Assembly: GCA_035694865.1 (NCBI GenBank) | Contig: DASSFC010000020.1 | Coordinates: 1-55,433, forward strand | Length of the DNA: 55,433 bases | From: Candidatus Saccharimonadales bacterium | GTDB lineage: Bacteria > Patescibacteriota > Saccharimonadia > Saccharimonadales > UBA10212 | Reading direction: 5' to 3' | Part shown: one piece after another, positions 8,436-18,347 of the stretch | Layout: each line of letters opens with the position of its first letter | Position numbering within the stretch: position 1 is the first letter of the stretch | Program-made: the position numbers and the translations under genes | The notes under the pieces: generated by a model | The model's database searches: none | What the model saw: the letters and a program-made list of their open reading frames with translations, nothing else | What the model was told of the DNA's origin: nothing

Positions 8436-9513
8436 GCGGGACTACTATGAAGTCCTGGGCGTTGGTAAAAGTGCCAGCGCCGATGAGATTAAAAAAGCCT
8501 TCCGCCGTAAGGCTATCGAATACCACCCTGACCGCGGCGGCGATGAGACTAAATTTAAAGAAGTCAATGAAGCTTACGAAGTCCTCAAAGATGACTCTAA
8601 GCGCAAGCGCTATGACCAGTTCGGCCATGCTGGCGTTGGCTCAAGCGCCGCCAGCGATGGTAATCCGTTCGCCGGCTTTGGCGGTTTTGGCCAGGGTCAG
8701 GAATTCAATTTCGACTTCGGTGATTTAGGCCTGGGCGATATTTTCGGCAGCTTTTTTGGCGGTGATTTCAGCAGTGGCCGCCGTGGCCAAAAAAGCCGCG
8801 GCCAGGACGTCGAAACTAGTGTCGAAATCAGCTTTGAGGATGCCGTTTTTGGTACCGAAATCAGCTTGAGGCTGACTATGCAGGATACCTGCCACCACTG
8901 TTCGGGCACGACTGTCGAGCCCGGTTATAATCTAAAAACCTGCGATACCTGTAAGGGTAAAGGACAAGTTACCAATGTAATGCGGACAGTGTTTGGTAAC
9001 ATCCAGCAGGCGGCTCCGTGCCCGACCTGCCACGGCAGCGGCCGCGTGCCCGAAAAAATCTGCACAGTTTGTAGCGGTAAAGGCACAGAACGGCGTACCC
9101 AGAATATTAGCCTTAAAATACCGGCCGGTATCGATGACGGGGCGACCATCCGGCTGCGCGAGCACGGCGAGGCTATCGCCCGGGGGCCAAAAGGTGATTT
9201 ATACGTTAACGTCCGCGTCAGACCGCACAAAAAATTCACCCGTGAGGGCGACCTGATTTTATCGACCGAACACATCGGTATGGCTGATGCCGCTTTGGGC
9301 ACCGAGATCGATGTCGACACCGTCGACGGACCGGTCCGCATGAAAGTACCAGCCGGTACCCAAAGCGGCACCGACTTCAAATTATCCGGTCACGGCGTGC
9401 CACATCTAAATAAAAAATCCCGGGGTGCCCACATCGTGACCTTAGCTGTCCATACGCCCACCAAACTCAGCCGCGGCCAGCGCGATGCCCTCGAATCCCT
9501 CCGCGGCAATTAA
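8428..9513 (+). CDS. dnaJ: Co-chaperone DnaJ
   Basis: J domain with HPD (YHPDRGG), a G/F-rich linker, and four CxxCxG zinc-finger repeats. Confidence 0.97.
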   Translation: MAKRDYYEVLGVGKSASADEIKKAFRRKAIEYHPDRGGDETKFKEVNEAYEVLKDDSKRKRYDQFGHAGVGSSAASDGNPFAGFGGFGQGQEFNFDFGDLGLGDIFGSFFGGDFSSGRRGQKSRGQDVETSVEISFEDAVFGTEISLRLTMQDTCHHCSGTTVEPGYNLKTCDTCKGKGQVTNVMRTVFGNIQQAAPCPTCHGSGRVPEKICTVCSGKGTERRTQNISLKIPAGIDDGATIRLREHGEAIARGPKGDLYVNVRVRPHKKFTREGDLILSTEHIGMADAALGTEIDVDTVDGPVRMKVPAGTQSGTDFKLSGHGVPHLNKKSRGAHIVTLAVHTPTKLSRGQRDALESLRGN

Positions 9514-10121
9514 TCGGGGTAGCCAGTCTTGAATAACACAATCGTAAAGTCCTTTTCTAGATAGTCAGTCTTTAAAACGACTCGCCGGCTCATCGTTTTG
9601 CAATAATCAAAAATCACCTGAGCATCAGCATAAGCTATAAGCGAATCATGTTTGGCTGGTCTTAACCCCCCGGCCATATTAAAAGCCAGCACTTCGCCGG
9701 TTTGATCCCAAAGGGCTTTTATCATCTTTTTTCGCTTTGCCAGCCAATTATCGATGTTGCCGTTCATAACACCTGAGGATAAGACCACATCAAACATCCC
9801 CTCGGCCCGCATAAAGGGGTCGCCAACTTTAAACCGGTGACCCTCGTATCTTTTTTTAGCGACTTCTATAAATTTTTCAGACCGGTCAATACCCAGATAG
9901 CGGAAGGTTGGTGACTTGGCGTATAGATATGGCAGCAAATCCCCCATGCCACAGCCGGCATCTAGAACAGACCTACCTTCAATCGGAACCTCTTTGGTAA
10001 GCTCGCGGAAACGGATAGCCATCGACCGGTAATCCCACCACAGCAGGGCCTTGGGCCCGGGGCCGTAATCATCGAAAGCGTCGTCGTAATCTTCCTGCAT
10101 CCGGGGCATAAAAAAGCTCAT
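9510..10121 (-). CDS. Class I SAM-dependent methyltransferase
   Basis: Motif [12 protein letters not shown] and a Rossmann-like layout. The substrate is not inferable. Confidence 0.75.
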   Translation of the reverse strand: MSFFMPRMQEDYDDAFDDYGPGPKALLWWDYRSMAIRFRELTKEVPIEGRSVLDAGCGMGDLLPYLYAKSPTFRYLGIDRSEKFIEVAKKRYEGHRFKVGDPFMRAEGMFDVVLSSGVMNGNIDNWLAKRKKMIKALWDQTGEVLAFNMAGGLRPAKHDSLIAYADAQVIFDYCKTMSRRVVLKTDYLEKDFTIVLFKTGYPD

Positions 10122-10203
10122 TAATCTATTTTACGCCGGTTTTACCTTTAAAAACTTGACGGCGGTGATTATAATGGTAGGCAGACCAGGCAACATTAAA
10201 AAC

Positions 10204-10317
10204 GTGAAACAAAAACAGCTTCAATCCGGCTTTATTCCCATGTTGATTATCTTCCTGCTGTTGATAGGCGCAGTTGTTTATTTCGCGTTCGTAACGGTCC
10301 TCCACCATCAGAAATGA
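10204..10317 (+). CDS. Possible 37-aa membrane peptide (VKQKQLQSGFIPMLIIFLLLIGAVVYFAFVTVLHHQK)
   Basis: GTG start; its stop overlaps the next ATG (ATGA). The single TM helix is more plausible than the antisense 60-aa ORF at 10126..10308. Confidence 0.3.
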   Translation: MKQKQLQSGFIPMLIIFLLLIGAVVYFAFVTVLHHQK

Positions 10318-10883
10318 AAGTCTTAGTAGTCAACAACAATACCGCGCATATGAAAAACCTGCTTGGCGCTTTAGAGGGCCATGAGGTAGAAATCCAGAAT
10401 TATCTGCCGGGAATTAACTTTCATACCGACGGCAAAGACGTAATCGTTCTATCAGGCGGCGGCGGCGAAGGCCTCGAAGTTAACGATAACTATAAGCCCG
10501 GCCACCCCTGGTATCAGGACGAAATGAATCTGGTCAGAACAGCTACCAAACCAGTAGTGGGCATTTGCATGGGATTCGAAGTGATGGTCAGGGCATTTGG
10601 CGGTAAAGTCACCGGAATCGGCCAGCTGATCCAGGGCTTTAATAAAGTTGAAGTATCAGATTTTGCCTATCCGCTAGTGGGCGAAAAAAACTTAGAGCAG
10701 TTCGAATCGCACAGCTGGCGTGTCAAAGAAGAGGATGTACCCGAGCAGTTCCAAAAATTAGCTAAATCTGACATCGGCGTCGAAATTATTAAATATAACA
10801 ATCTGATAGCTACCCAGTTCCACCCTGAAAAGGGTGGAACTCTTAAATTACAGGATTTATTAGACATCGTTGTAGCCGCCTGA
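10314..10883 (+). CDS. Class I glutamine amidotransferase-like protein
   Basis: Nucleophile elbow GICMGFE and a C-terminal FHPE triad motif. Confidence 0.75.
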   Translation: MKVLVVNNNTAHMKNLLGALEGHEVEIQNYLPGINFHTDGKDVIVLSGGGGEGLEVNDNYKPGHPWYQDEMNLVRTATKPVVGICMGFEVMVRAFGGKVTGIGQLIQGFNKVEVSDFAYPLVGEKNLEQFESHSWRVKEEDVPEQFQKLAKSDIGVEIIKYNNLIATQFHPEKGGTLKLQDLLDIVVAA

Positions 10884-10920
10884 CTCCTGTCAGAACCGCC
10901 AAAAACGGAACTTTATCTGA

Positions 10921-10949
10921 TTGATAAAATTATTAAATTGTGTTAAAAT
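10921..10949 (+). promoter_or_regulatory. Promoter TTGATA-17 nt-TAAAAT (with TGT extended -10) for the rimK operon
   Basis: Hexamers at 10921..10926 and 10944..10949, about 30 nt upstream of the 10979 ATG. Confidence 0.5.
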
Positions 10950-10978
10950 ACTGTTAACTTTTATCTAAGAGGTAAGCC

Positions 10979-11404
10979 ATGCGGACAAAACGGATAATCG
11001 GCGCTTTTGAAAAGGTCAGCTTTCCTGACTTCGGTTTACTGGATGTAGTCGCTAAGATTGATACCGGTGCGACTTCCGGTTCACTGCACGCTACCCACAT
11101 TAAGGAAATCATGCTTCCCACAGGTGAAAAAGCCCTAACCTTCACACCTTACGGCAAACGCAAAAAAATGATAGTCAACTCTTTTGAGCTGCGCGAAGTC
11201 CGCAGCAGTAACGGCTCAAGCTCGCTGCGCTATTTCGTACCGACGACAATAATAATCAAAGGCGTACAATATCCTATCGAAGTCAGCCTGGCCGACCGTA
11301 CTTTAATGAAAAAAGCCGTCTTGGTCGGCCGCCACTTTTTACGCAGCCACGGTTTTGTTGTTGACCCCAACAAGGGAACAAAGTATCGTTACCACGTAAA
11401 GTAA
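10979..11404 (+). CDS. RimK-associated retropepsin-like/ATP-dependent zinc protease family protein (DUF785-like)
   Basis: VVAKIDTGATSGSLHA motif, and the conserved position immediately upstream of rimK. Confidence 0.7.
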   Translation: MRTKRIIGAFEKVSFPDFGLLDVVAKIDTGATSGSLHATHIKEIMLPTGEKALTFTPYGKRKKMIVNSFELREVRSSNGSSSLRYFVPTTIIIKGVQYPIEVSLADRTLMKKAVLVGRHFLRSHGFVVDPNKGTKYRYHVK

Positions 11405-11409
11405 AGCCC

Positions 11410-12321
11410 ATGAAAATCGCTATCTTATCCAAAGGACCAGCTAACTATTCCACCAAACGTTTAAAGGAAGAAGCCCTTAAGCGCGGCCACGAAGTGGAGG
11501 TTATTAATTATATCCACTGCGAGGCCAGAATTGAGCAGAGCAAGCCAATCATTCTGTACAAAGGCGAGGAGCTAAAGGGCTTTGACGCGATCATCCCCAG
11601 GATCGCTTCGTCTTACACCAGGTACGGCAGCGCGATTGTCCGCCAGTTTGAGATGCAAGGGGTATTTACCACTACAAGCTCGCTATCGCTGGTCCGTTCG
11701 CGTGACAAACTTCGCTCAATCCAGCTTCTGTCCCGGGCTGGCATCGGAATCCCAAAGACAATATTCTCGCGCGGTTTCGCTGATATTGATGACGTTATGC
11801 AGGAGCTCGGCGGCCCACCCATAATCATCAAGCTGGCACGGGGCACGCATGGCCGCGGTGTGGTCCTGGCCGAAAGCCGCAAAGCTGCCCGCTCAGTACT
11901 ACAAGGGTTTTACCTAATGGACGATGACGGCACGAATATCCTGCTGCAAGAGTACGTAGAAGAGTCGGCCGGTACGGATATCAGGGCACTGGTTGTTGGC
12001 GGGCAGGTCGTCGCCAGCATGAAGCGCCAAAGCCTGACAGATGATTTCCGCTCTAACCTTCATCAGGGGGGCGAGGGTGTTACTATCAAACTGACAGATG
12101 AAGAGCGCAAAACAGCTGTTAAAGCCGCTCGCTCGATGGGCCTTTCTATCAGCGGAGTCGATATGATGCGCAGTAAGCGCGGTCCGTTGGTGCTCGAGGT
12201 TAACTCCAGCCCCGGTTTCGGGATAGAACAAGTCACCGGCCGCGATGTAGCTTCGAAAATTATCGAATACGTAGAGCGTAATGCCAAGCAAAAGCCGCGG
12301 AAAGACAAAGTCGGTGCCTAA
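11410..12321 (+). CDS. rimK: ATP-grasp alpha-L-glutamate ligase RimK
   Basis: MKIAILS...STKRL N-terminus, ATP-grasp motifs, and the EVNSSPG C-terminal motif. Confidence 0.9.
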   Translation: MKIAILSKGPANYSTKRLKEEALKRGHEVEVINYIHCEARIEQSKPIILYKGEELKGFDAIIPRIASSYTRYGSAIVRQFEMQGVFTTTSSLSLVRSRDKLRSIQLLSRAGIGIPKTIFSRGFADIDDVMQELGGPPIIIKLARGTHGRGVVLAESRKAARSVLQGFYLMDDDGTNILLQEYVEESAGTDIRALVVGGQVVASMKRQSLTDDFRSNLHQGGEGVTIKLTDEERKTAVKAARSMGLSISGVDMMRSKRGPLVLEVNSSPGFGIEQVTGRDVASKIIEYVERNAKQKPRKDKVGA

Positions 12322-12811
12322 GCTTAACGCCAAACACCTGCCACTTATCACTATCTTTGTGGTTTTGATAATCGCCGTCGTTTTGGCTTTAGTTTTCGGC
12401 GGTTCTGGCTCCAGCAAGAAACAAACCGTTCAAAACTGCGGCCCATATCGTAATGACCGATTAGTCAAGATAAATGGCTTTACTTTCAAAGCCGAAGCGC
12501 CCAATAACCAGGCTGCTTTTGATAAAGGGCTGGGCGGGCGGTCGTGTATTTTACCTGACGAGGCGATGATTTTCCCCTTTAAATCACCAGGACAGTATGC
12601 GTTTTGGATGAAGGGGATGAAGTTTCCAATAGATATACTGTGGATTAGCTCTAACCACATCATCATTGCCGAACAGGTTAACCTGCAGCCATCCAGCTAT
12701 CCTAAAAAATACGCTAATCCAACCAACCTGCCAGCTCAATATGTACTTGAGATTAAAGCTAATCGAACTAAGGAACTAAAAATCGCGCCGGGCGCTATAG
12801 CCCAGTTCTGA
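12281..12811 (+). CDS. DUF192 domain protein with N-terminal TM anchor
   Basis: MIFPF...AFWMKGMKFPIDILWI core of DUF192. The start is uncertain: ATG at 12281, or GTG at 12314, which would give a GTGCCTAA overlap with the rimK stop. Confidence 0.65.
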   Translation: MPSKSRGKTKSVPKLNAKHLPLITIFVVLIIAVVLALVFGGSGSSKKQTVQNCGPYRNDRLVKINGFTFKAEAPNNQAAFDKGLGGRSCILPDEAMIFPFKSPGQYAFWMKGMKFPIDILWISSNHIIIAEQVNLQPSSYPKKYANPTNLPAQYVLEIKANRTKELKIAPGAIAQF

Positions 12812-12837
12812 AAAGCTCATGCTAAAATGAGCGCATA

Positions 12838-13317
12838 ATGACCGATGTTTACCTGGCTATACTGATATTTTTGCCAGCCGCTCTGACTTATCTGCTCAAA
12901 AGCAACGCATCGGCCGCTTTTTTGGCTCTCTGCGGCGGCTTTAGTTTATTCACATTATCAGGCAGCGATATCCAGCATTTGGTCGGCAAAACCCGGATAA
13001 CTTCTTTAACCTCAAATGATGTCGACCTAGCTTTATTGGTTTTGCCGCTGTTACTGACTTTGTTTTTGACTTATAGAGGCGTCACAGCTAAACGCCGCCG
13101 CTATCTCGAGTTGGTGCCGGCGCTGTGCGCCGGCGGCTTTCTGGCTATAGTGGGCGGCCCTATGCTCAACAGTGCTTTGTCTACTAATTTTTCACATTCA
13201 CAGGCTTGGCAGGACCTGCAGACAGCCCAAACCTATATTGTTGCCGTAGGACTGACTTCAAGCTTGCTGCTTTTTTGGGCGGGTACACGTGGACATCACT
13301 CTAAAAAACATAAATAG
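12838..13317 (+). CDS. Hypothetical integral membrane protein
   Basis: Four to five hydrophobic helices and no recognisable motif. Confidence 0.5.
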   Translation: MTDVYLAILIFLPAALTYLLKSNASAAFLALCGGFSLFTLSGSDIQHLVGKTRITSLTSNDVDLALLVLPLLLTLFLTYRGVTAKRRRYLELVPALCAGGFLAIVGGPMLNSALSTNFSHSQAWQDLQTAQTYIVAVGLTSSLLLFWAGTRGHHSKKHK

Positions 13318-13375
13318 GCCAATTTGAATTCTTATAGCAAATAACAGATAATGAAAGGTGATTTTTTGGGCTTGC

Positions 13376-13452
13376 GGGCCCATAGCTCAGTTGGTTAGAG
13401 CAGCGGCCTTTTAAGCCGCGTGTCGTGGGTTCGAGTCCCACTGGGCCCTCCA
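13376..13452 (+). tRNA. tRNA-Lys (anticodon TTT), CCA encoded
   Basis: Cloverleaf folded by hand: GGGCCCA acceptor, anticodon arm GCGGC-CTTTTAA-GCCGC, T arm GTGGG-TTCGAGT-CCCAC. Confidence 0.93.
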
Positions 13453-13485
13453 GAAAATCGCAACCAACCTAAGGTGAAGCTTTTT

Positions 13486-13511
13486 ATATAAAAAAACACC
13501 CGGCTCGGGTG
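13486..13511 (-). terminator. Rho-independent terminator (CACCCG-gct-CGGGTG plus T-run on the minus strand)
   Basis: Hairpin at 13497..13511, preceded on the plus strand by an A-run. Lies downstream of the minus-strand gene 13572..13874. Confidence 0.55.
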
Positions 13512-13519
13512 TTGCGGTT

Positions 13520-13557
13520 GGCCCGCGGCTCTAACTCTTGCGAGTGAGCCGCGGGCC
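13520..13557 (-). other. 12-bp perfect stem hairpin (GGCCCGCGGCTC / GAGCCGCGGGCC) just after the stop of 13572..13874
   Basis: Read directly; 14-nt loop. It is the first of two tandem hairpins downstream of the gene. Confidence 0.5.
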
Positions 13558-13571
13558 TAAGGTCCAAGTTC

Positions 13572-13874
13572 CTACTGGGCGAGCGAGAGCGTGACCACCT
13601 CGGTCATCTGGCCCGAAGGCGAGATAACCCCATGGAGGTTTGCACCGTCCAGCTTCGTCGTCTGTGAAACAGGCGCACCCGCCGTGAGTGTGGCATGACA
13701 GGTGTTGATGAAATGGTTGTCCGTGATGTTCGTCGTGCAAGTGCCTTGGTAAGTGCCACCGAACCCGGTGTAAGTGAACGGGCTCTGCGGATAGACAGTT
13801 GCCGATGCCGCGGCGGCGAAGGCCGCGAACACCATGGCAATGAGAGCGAAAGTGCAAAATGCTTTGCGAAACAT
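13572..13874 (-). CDS. Small secreted Cys-containing protein (100 aa) in a GC-rich islet
   Basis: Strong SD (GGAGGAAGTGAGG) ahead of an internal ATG. Signal peptide MFRKAFCTFALIAMVFAAFAAAASA. About 60% GC, with ORFs open in several frames. Confidence 0.55.
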   Translation of the reverse strand: MFRKAFCTFALIAMVFAAFAAAASATVYPQSPFTYTGFGGTYQGTCTTNITDNHFINTCHATLTAGAPVSQTTKLDGANLHGVISPSGQMTEVVTLSLAQ

Positions 13875-14030
13875 CTTTGCCTCACTTCCTCCCCGTAGGG
13901 ATAGATGAACCTTATTAAACTGCATGCTTCAGTAGTTTCCCACCTCAGCCTGTCTATATATTAACATAACTTTAATAAAAAAGCAATAGCAATTAACTTC
14001 TTAGCCTATCTGTGGGAATATTTTGTACAG

Positions 14031-15473
14031 ATGAGGACTTTCCGGCGTACAACCCTTATAACTGCATTTTGCCTATCTGTTTTAGGGGGCTTGGGGCTAG
14101 CTAGGCTTATCAATCTTACACCCCATTTATGGCTTATAACTTTAGCACCCCTGTTGCTACTCTTTAGGAGGCGTACCGTATTAACGCTTTATCTGTTAAT
14201 CCTGCTTGGCCTGAGCGTTGGGCTCTGGCGGGGTGAACTATATATGTCCCACATCAGGCAACTGCGTAATTTATCAGAGCAAAAGGTAACTATTGTTGCG
14301 ACAGCTTCCAGCGATTCGATTTACGGCAAACGCTCGCAAATTCAGTTCACTGGCAACCATATTAAGCTGATTGAGCCCCATCGGCAGGATTTAGCTGGAA
14401 CCTTCAAGCTGAGCGGCTTCGGCGAGAAAATGATTTACCGTGGTGACCAAGTCCAGGTTACTGGTAAACTGTTTCCGTCGCGCGGTTCCAACCAGGCAAC
14501 GATCGCCTACGCCAGGCTGGTCAGGTTATCGACTGGCAGCAGCTGGTATGCCGATACCAACCGAAAGTTCTCGGCAGGTATGCAAAATGCATTGCCCGAA
14601 CCAATTGCCTCGTTCGCTATGGGGCTATTGATTGGCCAGCGGACCAACTTGCCGGTTGATATCACGGCGGCGCTGACTGCCGTCGGCTTAATACATATCG
14701 TGGCAGTCAGTGGCTATAACCTGACAATTATTGTCAGGGCCGTCGGCCGGCTTAAACTCGGCTCTAAGTATCAAAAATTAGTAATTTCTTTGGGTTTGGT
14801 TGCTGCTTTTGTGATGATTACCGGCTTTAGCGCCTCAATCGTGCGGGCGGCTTTGGTATCTGTTCTAAGCCTTTGGGCCTGGTTTTACGGCCGCCGCATC
14901 AAGCCGGTGGCTTTAATTAGCCTGGCGGCGGCCGTAACGGCACTATGGAACCCGTTTTATATCTGGGGCGATTTAGGCTGGTACCTATCCTTCCTGGCAT
15001 TCTTTGGCGTTCTGGTCATAGCTCCCTTAATCTCGGCCCGTTTCTTTAAAAAGCAGCCTAAGCTGATAACGATGGTGCTGTTAGAAACCCTGTCAGCTGA
15101 GCTGATGACTTTGCCTTTGATTCTGATGACCTTCAGCCAGCTGTCTGTCATCGCTTTGGTTGCTAACCTACTGGTCGTTCCGCTCGTACCGCTGGCGATG
15201 CTGTTGTCGGCAGCAGCCGGTGCATCAGGTGTTTTGATACCCCAGCTGGCCGGCTGGGTGGCTCTGCCGGCCCGAATATTGCTTACCTACATGCTGGACA
15301 TCGTCCATTTATTATCATCGATTCCATCAGTCCTGCTTCACCGTTCGATAAGCCTGGCCGCGATGCTGTTTCTGTACGCAGTAGTCTTGGTTTTGGTTCT
15401 TATGGTTCAAACTAAACTATCACGTCGGAAGAACAAGCCCAAGGAAGCCCGCGAGGTTTATATAACACCTTAA
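14031..15473 (+). CDS. comEC: DNA internalisation channel ComEC/Rec2 (short form without metallo-beta-lactamase domain)
   Basis: Competence-domain core GLLIGQRTNLP...GLIHIVAVSGYNLTII and many TM helices; 480 aa. Confidence 0.85.
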   Translation: MRTFRRTTLITAFCLSVLGGLGLARLINLTPHLWLITLAPLLLLFRRRTVLTLYLLILLGLSVGLWRGELYMSHIRQLRNLSEQKVTIVATASSDSIYGKRSQIQFTGNHIKLIEPHRQDLAGTFKLSGFGEKMIYRGDQVQVTGKLFPSRGSNQATIAYARLVRLSTGSSWYADTNRKFSAGMQNALPEPIASFAMGLLIGQRTNLPVDITAALTAVGLIHIVAVSGYNLTIIVRAVGRLKLGSKYQKLVISLGLVAAFVMITGFSASIVRAALVSVLSLWAWFYGRRIKPVALISLAAAVTALWNPFYIWGDLGWYLSFLAFFGVLVIAPLISARFFKKQPKLITMVLLETLSAELMTLPLILMTFSQLSVIALVANLLVVPLVPLAMLLSAAAGASGVLIPQLAGWVALPARILLTYMLDIVHLLSSIPSVLLHRSISLAAMLFLYAVVLVLVLMVQTKLSRRKNKPKEAREVYITP

Positions 15474-15492
15474 AAATGATAAAATAACAGAT

Positions 15493-16224
15493 ATGAGCGG
15501 TCACTCCAAATGGTCGACGATTAAACGTCAAAAAGAGGCCAACGACGCCAAACGGGGCGCCCTATTTACTAAATTGGGAAATCAAATTGCGGTGGCTGCC
15601 CGAGCTGGCACAGACCCGGCTAGTAACTCGTCACTGGCTATGGTTATCGATAAAGCCAAAAAGTCAGGCATGCCCTTATCTAACATTGAGAGATCTATCC
15701 AGCGCTCAGCCGATAAATCGGCCGCCCAGGTAGAGCAGGCCATGTACGAAGGTTACGGCCCGGGCGGAGTTGCCGTATTGGTAGAAGTAGCAACCGACAA
15801 TAAAAACCGTACATTGCCCGAAGTGCGCCTGGCCTTTACAAAAAACGGCGGCAGTTTGGCCGACCAGGGCAGTGTGGCCTTTCAGTTCAGCCGCAAGGGA
15901 GTTATTAGGGTAAAAGGCGCCGGCGATGAGCTGGAGCTGGCCGCCATCGACGCCGGCGCCGAAGACATCTTCGAGGAACCCGAAACCGGCGAAACAGTCA
16001 TCCACACTGCGCCGACCGACCTGGCTAAAGTCCGCGATGCGCTCAGGGCTGGCAGTTATGAAGTTACCGACGCCGAACTGACCTACGAGCCCAATAATAC
16101 GGTTGAAATCAGCGACCCCGATACCGCCCGCAAGATTATCAAGATGATGGACGCTCTGGATGAGCTTGATGATGTGGCTGCCACCCACACCAACTTCGAT
16201 TTGGCCGACAGCTTAAATTTATAA
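15493..16224 (+). CDS. yebC: YebC/PmpR family DNA-binding regulator
   Basis: MSGHSKWSTIKRQKEANDAKRG N-terminus, diagnostic of the family. Confidence 0.95.
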   Translation: MSGHSKWSTIKRQKEANDAKRGALFTKLGNQIAVAARAGTDPASNSSLAMVIDKAKKSGMPLSNIERSIQRSADKSAAQVEQAMYEGYGPGGVAVLVEVATDNKNRTLPEVRLAFTKNGGSLADQGSVAFQFSRKGVIRVKGAGDELELAAIDAGAEDIFEEPETGETVIHTAPTDLAKVRDALRAGSYEVTDAELTYEPNNTVEISDPDTARKIIKMMDALDELDDVAATHTNFDLADSLNL

Positions 16225-16656
16225 ATGGAATCCCAACCAAGACAACCCGAATGGCTCGATTATAAAGGCCGTCAAAAACTTTCTAGGCTGTTAGCGACAG
16301 AGGCCGGTTGGCTCAGGCCGCGGTATGGTTTGATGCCCAGGTCATTCCGAGAGACCTATATCCCCCTCTTGGCTACCGGCAGGTTATTGGTGGCGAAGGA
16401 AAGGGAGCCAATCGAGGAAGAGCATTTGCGCAAAATGCTGGCAGTTCAAGCCGGCATTTTAAAAACAATACCAGCCTGGATTGGCGGTACAAGCGAGGTG
16501 CATCAATTTATAGAATCTGAAGCCGGACTTGAAAGACAGCAGTGGCAGCAATTAAGCCAAAGCGAAAAATTGCCGCAGCCATGGAAGAATGCAATAGCAG
16601 ATACTCAGAAACTGGCTGGATTGGTTGCGGCTGCAGAGAAGGATGTAGAAGAATAA
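16225..16656 (+). CDS. Hypothetical protein (143 aa)
   Basis: The ORF starts directly after the yebC stop. No motif recognised. Confidence 0.45.
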   Translation: MESQPRQPEWLDYKGRQKLSRLLATEAGWLRPRYGLMPRSFRETYIPLLATGRLLVAKEREPIEEEHLRKMLAVQAGILKTIPAWIGGTSEVHQFIESEAGLERQQWQQLSQSEKLPQPWKNAIADTQKLAGLVAAAEKDVEE

Positions 16657-17294
16657 TGCGCTTGTTTTTATCATCAGAGAATCTTGGTAGATACCCAGAA
16701 GAATTCTTACATTTGCTTGGCCCAAATAAAAAACTCGCCTTCGTCGAGAACGCTAAAGATGACTGGAATCCAAAAGACAGAAAAGCCAAAGTCGATGAAC
16801 ATCTTGAACAGTTTAGGGGACAGGGATTTGATGTTTTCGAGCTCGATTTAAGGGATTATTTTGGCAAGCCAAAAAAACTCAAACAGGAGCTTCCAAAATG
16901 CGCAGGGATATTCATCGCCGGCGGAAATACTTTCATACTGGCCCGGGCTTTAAGATACAGCGGTGCCGACAAATTACTTTACGACATGGTGCGTAAAAAT
17001 GAAATCGCCTTTGGCGGGTCGAGTGCCGGTTCTATCATCGCCACCCCATCCCTAAAAGGTGTCGAACTGGGAGATTCACCAAGTGTCACCCCTAAAGGTT
17101 ATAGTAACAATGTAATCTGGGAAGGGTTAGGCTTTGTTAACTTTCATCTGGTGCCTCATTACAAATCCGATTGGTTCGGCATAGAAGCCGAAGCCATGCT
17201 TGATTATTTCAAAAAACATAAAATGGATTATAGGGCTTTGATGGACGGCCAGGTTATTCTGCTAAACGGTGACAGGGAAGAGTTTTTAGAATGA
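16656..17294 (+). CDS. Peptidase S51 (dipeptidase E-like)
   Basis: IFIAGGNTF and GGSSAGSIIA motifs. I chose the internal ATG overlapping the upstream stop (TAATG). Confidence 0.7.
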   Translation: MRLFLSSENLGRYPEEFLHLLGPNKKLAFVENAKDDWNPKDRKAKVDEHLEQFRGQGFDVFELDLRDYFGKPKKLKQELPKCAGIFIAGGNTFILARALRYSGADKLLYDMVRKNEIAFGGSSAGSIIATPSLKGVELGDSPSVTPKGYSNNVIWEGLGFVNFHLVPHYKSDWFGIEAEAMLDYFKKHKMDYRALMDGQVILLNGDREEFLE

Positions 17295-17767
17295 GAATCA
17301 TCGGGATTGATCCCGGAACAGGAATTTTGGGTTTTGGTGTAATCGAAACTGACGGCTCTAAACACCAGTTGGTCGACGCCGGGGTTATTCGAACTCCGGT
17401 CAAAGAAGACGACGGCGTAAGATTGCAAACCATTTACGAAGAAATCAGCGACATTATCGCAGAAGCGAAACCATCCGAAATGGTGATAGAGAAGTTATTT
17501 TTTGCCCAAAACGTAACTACGGCGATGACGGTGGCTCAGGCCAGGGGAGTGGTACTGCTGGCTGGTATGCAAGCCGGACTTAAAATCCATGAATATACCC
17601 CTTTGCAGATAAAACAATCGCTGACCGGCTATGGCCGGGCCGAAAAAAAGCAGGTGCAGGAAATGGTGCGTGTTTTACTAAGCCTAAAAGAAGTGCCTCA
17701 GCCGGATGATTGTGCCGACGCGCTAGCGGCGGCACTGACATACGCGACCTCTCTTAAGGTAAAATAA
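17291..17767 (+). CDS. ruvC: Holliday junction resolvase RuvC
   Basis: MRIIGIDPGTGILGFGVIE start and a C-terminal DAADALA-like motif (DCADALAAAL). Confidence 0.95.
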   Translation: MRIIGIDPGTGILGFGVIETDGSKHQLVDAGVIRTPVKEDDGVRLQTIYEEISDIIAEAKPSEMVIEKLFFAQNVTTAMTVAQARGVVLLAGMQAGLKIHEYTPLQIKQSLTGYGRAEKKQVQEMVRVLLSLKEVPQPDDCADALAAALTYATSLKVK

Positions 17768-17771
17768 AGCG

Positions 17772-18344
17772 ATGATAGCCACGCTGGAAGGGAAGGTCAC
17801 GCAGAAATTGGGCGACATGGTAGTGATTGAGTGCGCCGGGATTGGTTATGGCGTAAACGTAACATTCGAAGATTTTGGTGCATTGAACACTGACGAAAAG
17901 ACCAAACTTTATATCTATGAGCACATCAGAGAGAACGCCCACGATCTATTTGGTTTCCGTAGTTTAGAAACCAAATTTCTTTTCGAGCAGCTTTTAACCG
18001 TCAATGGCGTCGGCCCGCGTATGGCTTTATCGATCCTTAGTATTGCTAACTCGACTCAAGTGCGCAAAGCTATTGCCGCCGGGGACACAAAGTTCATTGC
18101 CCAGGCTACAGGAGTAGGCAAAAGAGTTGCCGAAAGGGTCGTCGTCGACCTCAAGGATAAAGTAGGGTTAATGGCCGACGAAAACGCTACCGATTTTCTT
18201 ACCACAACCGCCAACCCTAATGACGAAGCACTACAGGCACTTGTTGCTTTGGGATATTCAGTTCAGGATGCGGCTGGCGCACTCAAGACAATCGATGCTA
18301 AACTACCGATAGAAGAACGCATCAAGCTCGCCCTAAAAAACTAA
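17772..18344 (+). CDS. ruvA: Holliday junction branch-migration protein RuvA
   Basis: OB-fold N-terminus, LLTVNGVGPRMALSIL HhH motif, and C-terminal domain III. Confidence 0.93.
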   Translation: MIATLEGKVTQKLGDMVVIECAGIGYGVNVTFEDFGALNTDEKTKLYIYEHIRENAHDLFGFRSLETKFLFEQLLTVNGVGPRMALSILSIANSTQVRKAIAAGDTKFIAQATGVGKRVAERVVVDLKDKVGLMADENATDFLTTTANPNDEALQALVALGYSVQDAAGALKTIDAKLPIEERIKLALKN

Positions 18345-18347
18345 AAA

